Positions 23,090 through 35,945 of a stretch of DNA of 64,000 nt are shown one piece after another (position 1 is the stretch's first letter; each line of letters starts with the position of its first letter). The position numbers were made by a program, and so were the translations under genes. The notes beneath the pieces were generated by a model. The model made no database searches. It saw nothing but the letters and a program-made list of their open reading frames with translations, and was not told where the DNA came from. Source of the stretch: Felis catus (Eukaryota); NCBI RefSeq assembly GCF_018350175.1, contig NC_058383.1, positions 1,674,001-1,738,000 on the forward strand. The letters are read 5' to 3'.

Positions 23090-25699
23090 ACAGCCCGCCT
23101 GTCTTTAGCAAGGCACCGGGGACACCAACAGTCTCCAGGAGGAGGAGCGGGCCCGGCTGGAGGCCGGCCGACCTCTACCATCCTGCCTTTTCTTTCCTTT
23201 CTCCGCTTCACACCATGGACGTGTGCTGCTTACTCAAACAGCAAGGAAACACTAAAAATATCCGTTTATTGGCCCAGAGCCCAGGCCAGCATCCACCAAG
23301 AAGCAGCCTTCCCAGTCGGGCTTTGCTTTCGATAGCAAACCACAGCTCGTGGCCCACGTGCCCGCACACGCCCCACCCACCGGTCCTCACCCTCCTCGAG
23401 GCACGAAGCGCACGTTTACCAATCCCTCGGGCTCCCACCCCAGGAACAGTGAGTTCCGGAGAGACCGCACCCCCCAGGCCGCCACAGCACCTGCGGGCCC
23501 TCGCAGGGACCGGCCGCACTGAACCGTGTCCCCCGAACTACTGAGCGCGTTGAGGTGTCGCCACCGTCCCGCTCCGGGGTCCCGGCTTGCGTTCAGGCGG
23601 GGCTGGGCTCTCCGCCTCTTCACCAGCTGCAGGCCCTGAGCCCAAACCGCAGGGAGGGCGCCCGCTCAAGGCGCCACCAGCACAGTACTGCGCGCCAGCA
23701 GACGCGTGCGGACGGCAGACAGCGGCGGGAAGTGCTGGAAGGCAAGGAAAGGCAGTCTCTGCAGCAGCAGGAAGCGCTGCCCTGGGGTCTCCGCTGGTCT
23801 GCCCGCAGCCAGGGCTGTGGGGGCCTGGGCTCCCGGGAAGCACCCGCCCACCGCCCAGGGGACCGGGCCTCCTCGGGGCCTCGTGCCCGTGTCAGGGCAC
23901 CTCAGCAAAGGCCAGCAGAGCTCGGGGCCCAGTTACAGACACCTGGGAGCCAGGCCCCCACTCCAGCACGGATCAAGCCCAGGAACCGGGGCTCACACCT
24001 GCTTGAAGTATCCCCTAAACCAGGCGTCAGAACATTCCTGGCGTAAAGGCCCAGCGGGCAGCACCTGCCAGTGCCACGGTGCACGGGTGGCCACGGGCCA
24101 CAGGCACGCAGACAGGTACCTCCGCCTTGTGGTTAAGCACATGTGCTTAGAGACCGCAGCGGGCTGCTCTCCTGCCCCTGACCTGGCCCGCCCCCTCCCT
24201 GCTGACGAGGGAACAAACCAGCCGGGACAGAGGCCCAAGAGCTGAAGGGCGCACCGCCTGCGGGACACCTGCCCAACAGCCCCACGGCCGGCCGACCGCT
24301 CTCCCCACCGTCTGAGCGGGAGCGGGGGTGCTGCTCGCCACCCCCAGAGTGAGAGGGCAGCTAGCTCTCCGGACTGCGTCCCCGGGTGGGGGCGGCCCAG
24401 CCCAGTGCGTCCAGCACCGAGCGAGGCCGGGTGGGGGGGGGGCAGCTTCTCACTGGTGCCAGCCGGGTATGGCGGCTGGGGGTGCGGTAGCACGGCAGGC
24501 TGGGCGCTTCCTGCCCACGAGAGGGGCCGGTGGCAACTGGCAGAAGTGCCAGTTTCCAACACGTGGCCGAGCCTGGGCAGCAGCCAAAGCGGCCGGCTGC
24601 ACTGGGAACCGGGACCCTCGCTCCCGACAAAGCACAGATGCGCGAGTCCTACGGGTTCTGTGGGAAGGCTACGCCTCGCTCTGTTCACGGCGCAAGTGCG
24701 CCACGTGAGAACCGGTGTGGCCGTGGTGCCGAGGCCCCGGAGCTCCAGCACAGCCCGCGGTGTGCTCCGCGCCCACCTCCACGCATGCGCACGCGGACGT
24801 GAGACGCAGTCTTCTGGGTTACGTTCCTCCAGTCTCCCCGTTACCGGATTCCCAGGCTGCCGCTGAGTGTCAGCGTTTCCGAGCGCGCGGGTGGGGAAGG
24901 GGCCGTACAATTCACCTGCTGTCAAGGGTGCTGCTGACAGTACAGTGACAGACCGGTGACCAGGTCGCGACAGGGAGCAAAACCTTCCGAAGATCAACAA
25001 ACCAGCCGTGTGTCTACGTGTTCCGTCTCCGTAAAGCCCACGCCCCGTGGCAGGAGCGGCACCTGCCCCCGCACGGGGTGGGGGTGACTCCCAGGACCTG
25101 TGTCCGCAGGACCACCCCCACCCCCAGCAACCTCCGAGCCCCAGACGGCCGAGAAGCGACGACCCAAGAGAAGGCTCCTGTGGAAGGGGCGCCCTAACCG
25201 CCCCCGCCCCGTGGTGGGCCGGTCGTGGGCCGACTCTGGGCCTGAACATTAACCGAGTCCACACGGGTGGGAAGTTGCACCTGCTGAGAAACCACACCAC
25301 TACCTTGGGCGCAGCTGGACGCAGACACGTGCCGCCTGTCCACCCGGGTTCGAGGAGGGGAGCGCCACGTGGCGGGAACAGCTCGCATGAAGTCACAGAG
25401 GCATCGAGGACACGGAGACGTGGGAGATCAACCACAAAGATCCTAACGTCAGGGATCCCGCTCACTGAAGTCAGGAAGACAAGCACAAGCTGGAGCCACC
25501 CCGGACGGGACGTCCGCGTGGACCCCGCGCGGTCCGAACTCCACACCGGCAACTGGCCACCAAACCCCGTCAGAGTCAGGTGTGGGAAGAAGGGGAGAAG
25601 CAGGCAGGTCTGTGGTGTGGAGGAGAGAGGAGGACACGGGACAGGACACGGTCTCAGAAGGCCACACCACTTCTAAAAGCCACCGCTCCTCGTACGAGG

Positions 25700-28600
25700 A
25701 GACTGCAGATGTTAGTGGAATATTTATAGAGACGTGAAAATCCCCTTACCAAGACGGAGATGAATACAACAAAGGCCGCTAGCCCCCCAAAAGGGATCAG
25801 AACCTACTACCTACCCAAGTTCCCAGAGACCAAGGCTCACGTCCCAAGCCCTCCCAAGGGCAAATCAGCCCAGGCTGCCTCGGGTGCTCCCCGGCCCCCA
25901 CCCTGGCAGAGACTGCGGGCCAGGTCCGTGGGTTGCTTAGCATCCGGCAGCCAGGATGAGACCTGGGGCCACAGTCAGGAGATCGAGGTCCCATCACCAC
26001 AGCAACGGCAGCAGGGAAGACCCCCTGACCAGGCCTGGGCACAAAGTGTAAGTTGACCCCAGCCCCGGATGGTCAGATGAAGGCCCCGGCGTGAAGCCAC
26101 CCCTCAGACCACAAACTGTGGTTTCTTGCATGTGTCCCTGCACATCTGTGTGTCATGGGAGGCTCTAAACCAAAAACATTCTCCCCGGCACCTTCTGGAA
26201 GAAATGCCCCGTGCTCTCAGGAGGCCAGGTGCACAACAGGCTGGGGTGAACAGCTGGGCCACGGGACCCCGCGGCCAGGGCCGCCGCTGGGAAAGTGGAA
26301 GGCTGGGAAGCAAGAGGCAGGCCCGGTGGCCATCCCGACTCACCGTCTTCAGGGAGTCCGGGACACGGCACGGCCAGGGGAGGCAGACCCAGGAGGGCGG
26401 GGAGACCGCGGCAGTCAGACTCCACACTGCAGGGAGTGTGCAGGGGGCCCCCACAAGCGCGCAGAACCCTGACCGGCATATACAGGAGAGGAAAGACCTC
26501 AGATCGAGGACTGAACCATCACGAGGGACAAGAGGGAATTACCTGTCCAGCTGGGCTCCAAAGCGCCTAACTCCCAGGGTAGCAGGCAGAACACCCAGGG
26601 AGGCCAAGACCCAGAGCTGGAGATAATTAGCCCTAGAACAAGTGCTGCCCTGGGTCAGCCTGGAATGTCATCAAAGTGCCACCTGGCAGATCGGGCCATT
26701 TCTGAGGACCTTTGCCACGTTCCTGAACGAAGGAAGCTGGAAGGATCTTCACAAGAATACACAGGCATCCAGCATCCACCCAACACAGGTGTTAGACTTG
26801 GCACAGAATGACTGTAAACAGTCAATATAACTGAACTCCATACTTTTAAATATAAGGTATAGACAAGGAGAGAAAAGGAAACCACGGGCAAACTTTTCAG
26901 GGTTGCAAACAGCAACACGTGAGCTAAAAATGCACGGGTCGCTCCGGTGGAAGACTAGTCCAGGGAGCTTGGAGACACAGCAGCAGGAATGATTCAGAAG
27001 GAAAAGAGCACATGTGAGCCATGGGATAAGTCCCAGCACCCGAAATGTGGGTAACCGGACGCGGCCCAAAGGAGGCCTTTCCAAAGGACGAGGACAGGAA
27101 GTCCACAGAGCTAAAGAACGCAAGAAAGCCCAAGCACAAGGAACAAAGGAAGGTACCAGATGGACACAGAGGCACGTCGTCATCAAATTCCTCCAAGCAG
27201 TGATCAGTGATCACGAAACCACCAGAAAAGCCAAGTGACACGAGGACCCCGGGGTTGGCGACAGGGCCTGATGGAAACAAGGCGAGTCAGAGGCGAGTGG
27301 GGAAAACCTCCTTCAGGTCCTGAAAGGAACAAACATGGCCAGTGAGACAGGAAGTAAAAGAAACCGCCCACCTTTAGCTAGACCAAAAGGGGGAGCAGAG
27401 TCCCCGCTACTGACCTTAGGAAGTAAGGACGGTAAGATACAGACCCCGGGAAGTGAGGATGGTAAGACGCCGACCCTGGGAAGCGAGGATGGTAAGAGAG
27501 CCCTAGGACAACTAGATGACCCAGACAAACTCCTAGAAACACACAAACTACCAAAACTGACTCAAGAAGAAATGGAAAATCTGAACAGGCCTGTGATGAG
27601 TAAGGAGGCTCAACTAGTAACTGAGGATCGCCCAACAAAGAAATTCCCAGGAATAGACGGCTTTACTGGTGAATGCTAGCAAACACGTAAAGTAACACAG
27701 AATTCCCCAAGTCCTCTAAGAAGCTGAAGAGGGCAGAACGCTTAGCTTATTTTATGAGGCCAACATAACCGTGATACCACAGCCAGAGAAGGCTAAGACC
27801 GATAATCCTTATGAACACAGGCCGAGAAGCTCTCAACAAGACAGCAGCTAACCAACCGGCAGCATCTGAAAGGGTCGGACACCACGACCAAGTGGGCTCT
27901 AAGCCAGGAATGCAAGAATGGTTCAACATAGAAAAATCAGTGAACGCGGCACACATCGCATTAAGAGAAGGAAGGAAAAGCCACATGATCATCTCAACTG
28001 AGGCAAAACACCAGTTGGCAAAAATCCAACGCCCTTTCGTTATAAAAATAACAAACTAGGAGTGGAAGGCAACTTCCCCAACCTGACAATGGGCATTCAC
28101 TAACACCCACAGCAAACATCATACGCTACGACGCAAGACCGAAGCTTCCCCATAAGATCAGGAACAAGGCAAGGACGCCCGCTTCCACCACTGCTATTCA
28201 ACATTGCACTGGAGCTCCGGCCAGAGCAGTCGGGCAACAACAAGAAACAAAAGGCATCAAATCGGAAAGGAAAAAGTAAAGCTATTTCTATTCACAGATG
28301 ACCAAGATCTCATAAATTGCAAACGCTACGGAACTGACAAAAGCTGCTGGAGTTAAAAGAATTCGGCAAAGTGGCAGGAAACAAGACCAACGCACAAACA
28401 CCAGCAGTGTATCTGCACGCTAGCAGTGAACAATCAACAAAAACGTTAAGAAAGCAATTCCATTCACAACAGCATCAAAGAGAATAAAAACTTATGAATA
28501 AGTTTAACCAAGGAAGAAAGACGTGCATGCTGAAAACCATAAACACTGCTAATAGAGATCCCAGCAAACATAAATAAATGGAAAGACACTGTGTGTTCAT

Positions 28601-29460
28601 GGGCTGGAAAATTCAATGTTGTTAAGACGGCAATTCTCCTCAAAGTGATCCACAGGTTCAACGCAATCCTGTTAAAATCCTGTCTTTTTTTGCAGGAATT
28701 GGGAAGCTGATAGTAAAAATTATATGAGATTACAAAAGATCCCAACAGCCAAGTTAATTCTGAAAAAGAAGAAGAACGCTGAAAATGCACATTTACCAGT
28801 TTCAAACCTTACCACAAGTGACAGGAACCAAAACAGTGTGGTACTGAGAAAGGACAGACCTGTAAGTCAAGAGAACCGAACCGGAATCCAGAAGGAAACC
28901 CAAGCATCTCTCTTTCGGTGGGGGAGAGAACAGTCCTGGGACCACCGGATGTCCACGCACAAAACAATGAAGGCAGACCCCAACCTCACACCATCTTCAA
29001 AAATCAACTCAAGATGATCAAAACCTCAGTTAAAGAACTAAAACTACAGAACCCTTAGAAGGAAACACAGGAGTAAATCTTTGCGACCCTGAATGTGGCA
29101 ACAGTTTCTTAGGCATGACCGAGAGCATCAATGACAAAAGAAAAAAATAGACAAAACGGATAAAATCCAAACCCTGTGTGCACCCAAGGACACGCTCGAG
29201 AGGCAGAAGACAATTCACAAATGACCCGATGAGAACCCAGTATACACGACGTAAGACGAGCCGCGCAGAACTCGTATTGCTCAACAAAAAGCCAGACGAC
29301 CCAGTTTGAAAATGGGTAAAGGATCTGAACAGGCATTTTTCCGAAGAAAATACACAGATGGCCAACAAGCGTGGGAGGAACAGCTCCACGTCACTAGCCA
29401 TTAGGCAGATGCAAACCCAAACGACAATGAGACGCACCTCACACCCACCAAGAAAACAAC
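25700..29460 (+). mobile_element. L1 relic: decayed 5'/ORF1 region (~25700-27330) then ORF2 RT and C-terminal region (~27350-29460)
   Basis: gacaaactcctagaaacacacaaactaccaaaactgactcaagaagaaatggaaaatctgaacagg, gccaggaatgcaagaatggttcaacatag, ataagatcaggaacaaggcaaggacgcccgc, gaaaatgggtaaaggatctgaacaggcatttttcc. Confidence 0.85.
27411..27507. repeat. 30-bp-period minisatellite, ~3 copies, inside L1
   Basis: ggaagtaaggacggtaagatacagaccccg / ggaagtgaggatggtaagacgccgaccctg / ggaagcgaggatggtaagagagccctagg. Confidence 0.85.
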
Positions 29461-31703
29461 AAGTGTTACGTCTCCTCTCTCGTTCCTGATGTTGGTCACC
29501 TGCACCTTCCCTCCCTTCCTTCTGGTTAGTCTGGCTGAGACTCATCAATGTTGTTGATCTCTGAGAACCAGAGTGTGGCCTTGGGCACAGAACTCACCTC
29601 CGAGCATGAGACCTACAGGGCGGGGGGCACCGACGAACACCGACAGGTAGAACTCTCTAAGGGATCGCTGCCCTGAACAGAAACAGACGAGAGCAGAGAA
29701 CAGGACACTGGCTCCCTGGCAGAGCTGCCCAAGCGCCAGGCTCAGCAGACCAGCCTCTGACCTGCCTGTCTCCTCTGGTGACAAGGTCCCTCCCTCTTGG
29801 AGAGGAGGCCTGGCTTGCCACACTCACTCACAGATCCAAAGAGTCATGAAACTTTAATGCTAATGGCACTCACGGCCGGCTCACTAGTGCAGCATAACCT
29901 TTAAATAGAGGCCGTGTATTTCAGTCTCATTTGGGAAGACACAGTTTGATCCCAGGGCCTTACCCAGTTCCACAAAGCACTAGCCGGCAGGAAGAGCAGA
30001 GAAGTGTGCCCCACCTTGACACGATCCCATTGAACCTGGCACCGTGGAGCGCGAGAGGAAGGATGCGTGCACCCCCAGGCCAGAGCACGGGAGGGTCCGT
30101 CCGCCTGGGCCAGGGACCACAGGTGGTACTGACGGGACCAAGGCCCAGTGCATCCCAGGGACTCTCCCCAGAGCTCAGTCTGGGCAGGTACCTCAGGTGT
30201 CCCAGAGAAGAGACGACACTGAGGTCAGAGTGGGAATCCTGGCCAAAGGCCACCTTTCTGCTCGGTTCTGGACCCATCACACATCCAGGAAGGTCCCTGT
30301 AGTGGCTGCTTCTTCTTGGGGAGGCACGGGAGGGGCCGAAACAGACTGCCCTGGTTACGTTCCGCTCCGTCTGGAGGGACGCACCTGACCTGACAGGCCA
30401 GGCAGGCCACCGGTGGCTCTCCCGGGGAACTTCCTGGCAAGCACAGCTGGTCACCCGAGCTGGGACACGCCTGCACCCCAGACAAAAGAAGCCCCACCGG
30501 AAGAAGTGTGCAAGCAGGACTTCACGCTACAGCGCCATTCCCTACACCAGCACATTTGCTAAGAAGATTCTAGGGACCCCTGCAGCCCACCCACCCAGGG
30601 AACAGGCTGTGGGAGCGTCCTGGGGTGGGAGAGACCAGACAGGGCAGCCTGGCAGCAGGTGACAGGCTCGTGGTGAGCGGAGGCAGGAAGGCCCAAGAGG
30701 CAGACCTGGAGAAATCCAGGGTTTTAGCGGGAAAAAACCCGAAAGCAAGCTGAAAGTCACCCGGGTCTGGAGGCAGTCTGGGCAACGTGCACCACCTGGG
30801 TGCAGAGGGGCGCCAGCAGCCCAGCGTGGTCTCTGCCGCCCCAGACCCAGCCGCACACGGTGGGCGGCCCATCCTGGGAACACGTGGGAGGTGTCCACGT
30901 GCTTCCGTGGGTCTAGGGGCTGGCTGAGGCTGTGAGGCCGCCTCCTCCGGGAGAGCAGTCGTTGAGATGGGGGGGGGGTGTTAGAAAGTCCAGGAAAATC
31001 CCACGAGGGCAAACCCCCCTCCAGAAAACACGTGCACATAGCAGAAACGTGGCCACGGTTCTGCGGGCTCTGGACCCCTCGACGTCGCCACGGGCGACCT
31101 CGGCGATGTTGAAGAGGAAAAGGCCTTACCACAGAACGCCTTCCACTGAGGCCGCTCTTCCAGGTGGGGCTTACCGTGGGCCCCGGGACACCCGAGTTCC
31201 CACACTCCCCAGTCGGGAAGGCGCAAGACAAGTCTGGCTCCAGAGGAGCAGGGCCGCCATGGCCGTCGTGCGAGCTTCCCCCGCGGGCCGTGGACCCGGG
31301 GGCCTCTCCACGGTGAAGGAAGCAGTGGCCAGACCCTGGCTGTCACAGAGCCCAGGCTGCCCAAGCCTCCGCAAAGGACGGTGGGTGCCAAGGGCAGGAC
31401 CACGTCTGCCCGGCTCCCCAGGGACACGCCTGCAAGGCGTGCGGCAAGTACTCGGAGAGGAACCACAGCAGCTAGTGAGGACGTGGCAGACTCACTGATA
31501 CGGTCAGGAGCGAAATCGCTCAATGCGGACACGACAGGAACTGCCAGCTGAGAAAGACCTAAGCCAGAGAAGGTCACTGCCGAGGCTCGAGACGTTCAAA
31601 CGATACAAAAACGTATTACTTAGAACCGGGCCGAGCGTGAGAAGGTCTGTCGCGGAAGATGCCCCCCTGGAAGGGGCTGCGTGGCTTTTAAAGATAAAAA
31701 ACC

Positions 31704-31938
31704 GGGGCGCCTGGGTGGCTCAGTCAGTTAAGCGGCCGACTTCGGCTCAGGTCATGATCTCACGGTCTGTGAGTTCGAGCCCCGCGTCGGGCTCTGTGCT
31801 GACAGCTCAGAGCCCGGAGCCCGTTTCAGATTCTGTGTCTCCCTCTCTCTCTGACCCTCCCCTGTTCATGCTCTGTCTGTCTCTGTCTCAAAAATAAATA
31901 AACGTTAAAAAAAAAAAATTTAACAAAAAAAAATAAAA
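31704..31938 (+). mobile_element. CAN-SINE (fairly young felid SINEC) with perfect 15-bp TSD
   Basis: Full body and A-tail. TSD taaagataaaaaacc at 31689-31703 and 31939-31953. Confidence 0.96.
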
Positions 31939-32689
31939 TAAAGATAAAAAACCAATTTCTATGTGTGGCTGTTAGAGACCCTCACCGTGCCTCAGCTTTG
32001 TGGGCTGGGGCTGCGGGGCCTTCCCTTTCCTCCAGGGGAGCGCCAGCCTTCTCCGGCATCCCTGACCCCGCAAGGGGCCCGGTGGCCCTCGTGGTGAACC
32101 TGGGCCGCCAGCTGGGCGAACAGCAACGTGCGAGTGATGGAAACGATACACCAAACTCAAGAGAAGGCCGGGAGGCCAGAGGCCGCGAACCGGAAGTCGG
32201 CAGCACAGAGCGTCAGCAGCGCAGGGCAGAGGACTCCGCCGGGAGGCCTGACCCGCGACCTCCACCCTCACGCGGGACAGAAGACACGAGGGTATCTAAG
32301 ACAACACTGACGAGGGAAATAACCGAAGGGTCGGCCCTCCCACAGGCTGGGGCTCTGGGGACTTTGACAGCACGTCTCCGTGGTCCAGACAGGAACAGGC
32401 TGAAGCGTTCCCTCCGCACTGGGGGGTTTCCTTCTCCTTTTGGGAACGATCCGATTAAGAGCCAGAAATAACACAAGCAGACATCTATTTCCTAGGCCAG
32501 GAGACCATCTTCTCGGACCCCTGTCCCCGAAACACAGACGGATCCCCGTGAGGTGATAGATCACCAACCTCGCTAGGTCTTTGCAAGCCTGGAGGAACCA
32601 AAAAGACGGGGCCCCGCTCGGGGAGAGGGGCCCCCGCTCGGGGAGAGGGGGCGGGCGGGGCGCAAGCTGCCTCCCCCCACGTCCACATC

Positions 32690-33200
32690 CCGTCACTCAG
32701 CAAATACTTTACAACCAAGTCCAGGGCCCGGCCCCGTGGCACCGCGACGTCCATGCAGGCCGGCTGGCGTGAGCAGGCCTCACGGTGCCCACAGGCCTGC
32801 GGCCCGGCCGCCACTGCGCCTGTCCCCTCATCTGAGTCATGGCGACGACCCCGGCACCAGGGTCTGCCGTGAGGGCTAAGAGGGATGGTCCGGGTACAGC
32901 CGCGAGCACAGCCCGGCACACGGGAGCGCTCGGAGTTCAGTGGCTGCGGCGTGACCGAAAACGGGCCCACAACAAGGATGACAGCCATGGTGACGGTCAC
33001 AGGCCCACAAGTGAATGTGGAATGGGAACGTGACGTGTCCCTATGAAGGGGAAGCAGAGGACGTTTAACTCGACCTGAGGGAGGGCTCGGCCCTGCGGGA
33101 CAGAAAGCACATTCCAGGGGGCGGGAGCGGCACGGGGGCGACGGAAGGTGAAGGAAGCCGCATGAGGGGGCCTAAGTGAAGACACGCGTGCGGAGAGTCA
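32690..33200. mobile_element. GC-shifted L2 3'-end relic (minus) interrupted by a GC-shifted MIR (~32810-32950, plus)
   Basis: cactcagcaaatacttt... and aaagcacattccagggggcgggagcggcacg resemble antisense L2. cccctcatctgagtcatggcgac...gccgtgagggctaagagggat...gagcacagcccggcacacgggagcgctc resembles the MIR core. Confidence 0.5.
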
Positions 33201-34371
33201 GAAGGGCGCCCGGAAGCGGGACTCAGATACTCGCGGGACCTGACAAATACGGTGTCGGGACACAGACGTGTTTAAAGTTGTCCAGCCCGGGGTGCGTGAC
33301 CCCTTCTCTCCCTCAGGAGCCTCATCCGAAGACAGGACTGCGGCGGCCAAAGGCGGACAGCCTCGAGCTGGCCCCTACCGGGGCCCAGTGTGGAGCAGCA
33401 CTGTGGGGAGGAGGGGACCCAGGGCTGGAGTCTGTACGCCCACACGCTAGGCCTCGGGGGACAGACGAGCCAGTGTGGCACGGGCAGAGGGCCCCACGCC
33501 CACATGCCGCCCTGCCCCTGGGCAGCCCTCAGGGCGCGGCGGCATCCCTCACTCACCCAGAGCCCTCCGGCCCTGAAGTGCCTGGTGGGACTCTGCTCTT
33601 GGGGGTGGCCCTGTGCCCCCCAGGTCAGCTCGACGCTAAATTCTAAAGAGGCTTCATCGAGCCCTTCTCCCAAAACCAACTCCGCAGCTCCCACTGAGCC
33701 GGCCCAGGCGCTCGCCCCCGGGAGCCAGCACCCAGCAGCGAATCTGGGCGGCTGCCGGGCAACGCGCTGGCAAGGTGCGCTGGCCACGGCGTGGGTGGGG
33801 GGCCCGACACAGCCACTCCCAGGGCGTCCGACGGCCCTTCAGTCTGTGCTAACGTGGGTCAGCGCGGTCAGGGACACGAGGGACAGGAGTCCCGGAGGCC
33901 CAGGCAGAGGCGTGCGGTGGCCGCAAAGTCACTGGAGCTGGAACCCGCCGGAACCCAGGCCTCTGCCTCCTGACGAGTAAGGCCAGGCGCCGTCGGGGCC
34001 ACGCCGCAGGGCTCCGGGAACTCACGTCTGCACAGCTGTCGGAACGGCGCCCGGCTGGCCGTCAGGCCGCGTAAGCGTGCGTCAATAAGCCACCGCGATC
34101 ACCCCGGTGCTGGGGACACTCAGGAGCAGGTCGTGAGGTTGATTTGGGTCTGGCTCCAGCTACAGACGCCAGACCCAAATCAACCTCACGACCTGCTCGC
34201 AGACTCGGGGTGCTTGCTCCAGGCCACGCACTGGACACACAAAGATGATGAGGACGTCGCTTTGACATGGAGAAGACAACACGGCCACCAAGCACCACCG
34301 GCCAGCCAGCGGATCTGCTCTCCTGCAGCGAAGGCCTGTCTCCTCCATGGCTCTGCCGAGGAAGCAGGATA

Positions 34372-34460
34372 GCCAGGGGGACATGGCGGGGGACACGGCC
34401 AGGGACACGGCCAGAGGGACACGGCCAGGAGGAGGACACAGCCGAGGGGACACAGCCAGC
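34372..34460. repeat. Degenerate ~13-bp minisatellite (gggacacggcca)n, ~6 copies
   Basis: gggggacatggc gggggacacggcca gggacacggccaga gggacacggccagga ggaggacacagccga ggggacacagcca. Confidence 0.75.
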
Positions 34461-35589
34461 AGCTGGCATAAAGCTGCAGAAGCAACAACACCGGGAGATG
34501 CCGGGAGTGAGTGGAGGCGGGCAGGACCAGGTCCCGGGACATGCACAGAACGGTCCAGACCATCTCAGAGCAGATGGCCAGGCAAGTGCAGCAGGTCAAG
34601 CCCGGGTCAGGCTGGGGACACGGCCGCCTGCGAGAGACTGACTCAGACGGTGGCTCAGGAAGGCGAGCTCCCTGCAGCCTCCGGGGCGGGGTCCCCCTCC
34701 CCCCCGCCCCTCCTATAGCTCCTGGAGCCTGCCGTCTCGGGCCCCGACGCCTCCCTCTATCATGCCGGGCCCCAGCGGCGGGACACAGACACTGCTCTGC
34801 GGGCACGGAGCCCTGCGAATGAACAGGCTGACCCAAACCCAAGATGGCCACCAGCCTCAGGGACACAAGTCCTGCTGGTCCCTGCAGCGATGTCCCCCAT
34901 GAGCCTTCCTGACTCGCCCAGCACGGATGAAGTTCTCCCATCGAAGCGGGGGGGGGGGGGGGGTCTCCCAACCCTGGCTTGGTCCCGTGGCAGCACAGAT
35001 CCAGGACGTGAAATGAGTCACTGTCAGTCGGAGAACCAGGAGGTTCTTGTAATAATTTTCCGGAAGGCAGCTGGCAACGCTGGCAGGCTGCGATAAGGCC
35101 AGGTTCTCGGGCGGCAGGCACGTACGGATGCTGGCTGCCAGCACTGAACAATGGAAGCTCACACGACCCCTTCTGCCGATTTCCTGGCCCTCGATGCTGC
35201 TTTCACAGTGACAGACGCATCAGCAGGCACACACGGGGGTGCGTGCCCCTCGCAGAGCCGAAAATCGGCTCTACTGGCATCTCCCGTGATCCGCGCACCA
35301 GCCCCTCGGAGCCACAGCCAGCGAGCCTGGCGTCTCAGGATGAACACCGCGGGCAGGGAGAAGCTCGGTGCGGGCCCAGAGGGCCGCACGCTCGCTCACA
35401 GATGTTGCCCTGCCCCAGTGGGACGCCGCCACACCTCGGAGCCCCCCAGGGAGTGCCCGACCCGCCAGAGCCCCTCCCGGCTGACCCTGCTGCGCAGGCC
35501 CAGAGGCTGGCAGTGGGAGCCCGCGGGAGCCATAGGGGGGAACGGTATTCAGGGTGGACGACCGCTCAGTTCCCAGAGTCGTGAAGGCG

Positions 35590-35945
35590 TCGTTCCCCCT
35601 TAAATCGGAAAATAAATCTCCCATCCTTGCTCCCTGGAGTATGTAAAATGTTAGAGGGAGTTTGATAGTTATAATCAAAAACCTCATTTCTCCAGCCACC
35701 GCCGGCCGTATCTAATTAGGGTGAGGGATGTTAATGATACAACTATGGCCCAGGACATCTTTCCTTGTGATATTAATTGCACTTAAAGAGAAAAGCCTGA
35801 ATGATGCCATGCTTCCTAATTAGCACAGGTTTGCTAATTAATAACAGAAAGGCAAACTGTCTTTGTCTTGTCATCTGCAATTAGCTACAGATATTTAAGT
35901 TTTTCTTTTTTTCCTCTCCTTCCCTAAGTAGCGAATCAACTTAGG
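35590..35945. promoter_or_regulatory. Candidate conserved intronic enhancer (homeodomain-motif cluster)
   Basis: AT-rich, non-repeat island in a GC-rich background, with five TAATTA/CAATTA-type cores plus SOX, MEIS and E-box motifs. Function is inferred only. Confidence 0.55.

Noticed and set aside
23993..25552. 519-aa minus-strand ORF, the longest in the track
   Set aside because: Low-complexity Pro/Arg/Gly/Ala composition typical of GC-rich non-coding DNA, overlapping equally long ORFs in other frames, no recognisable domain; partly overlies a suspected decayed L1.
27411..27507. Regularly spaced 30-bp repeats as a CRISPR-like array
   Set aside because: Head-to-tail tandem units without unique spacers, in mammalian L1 context; no cas genes.
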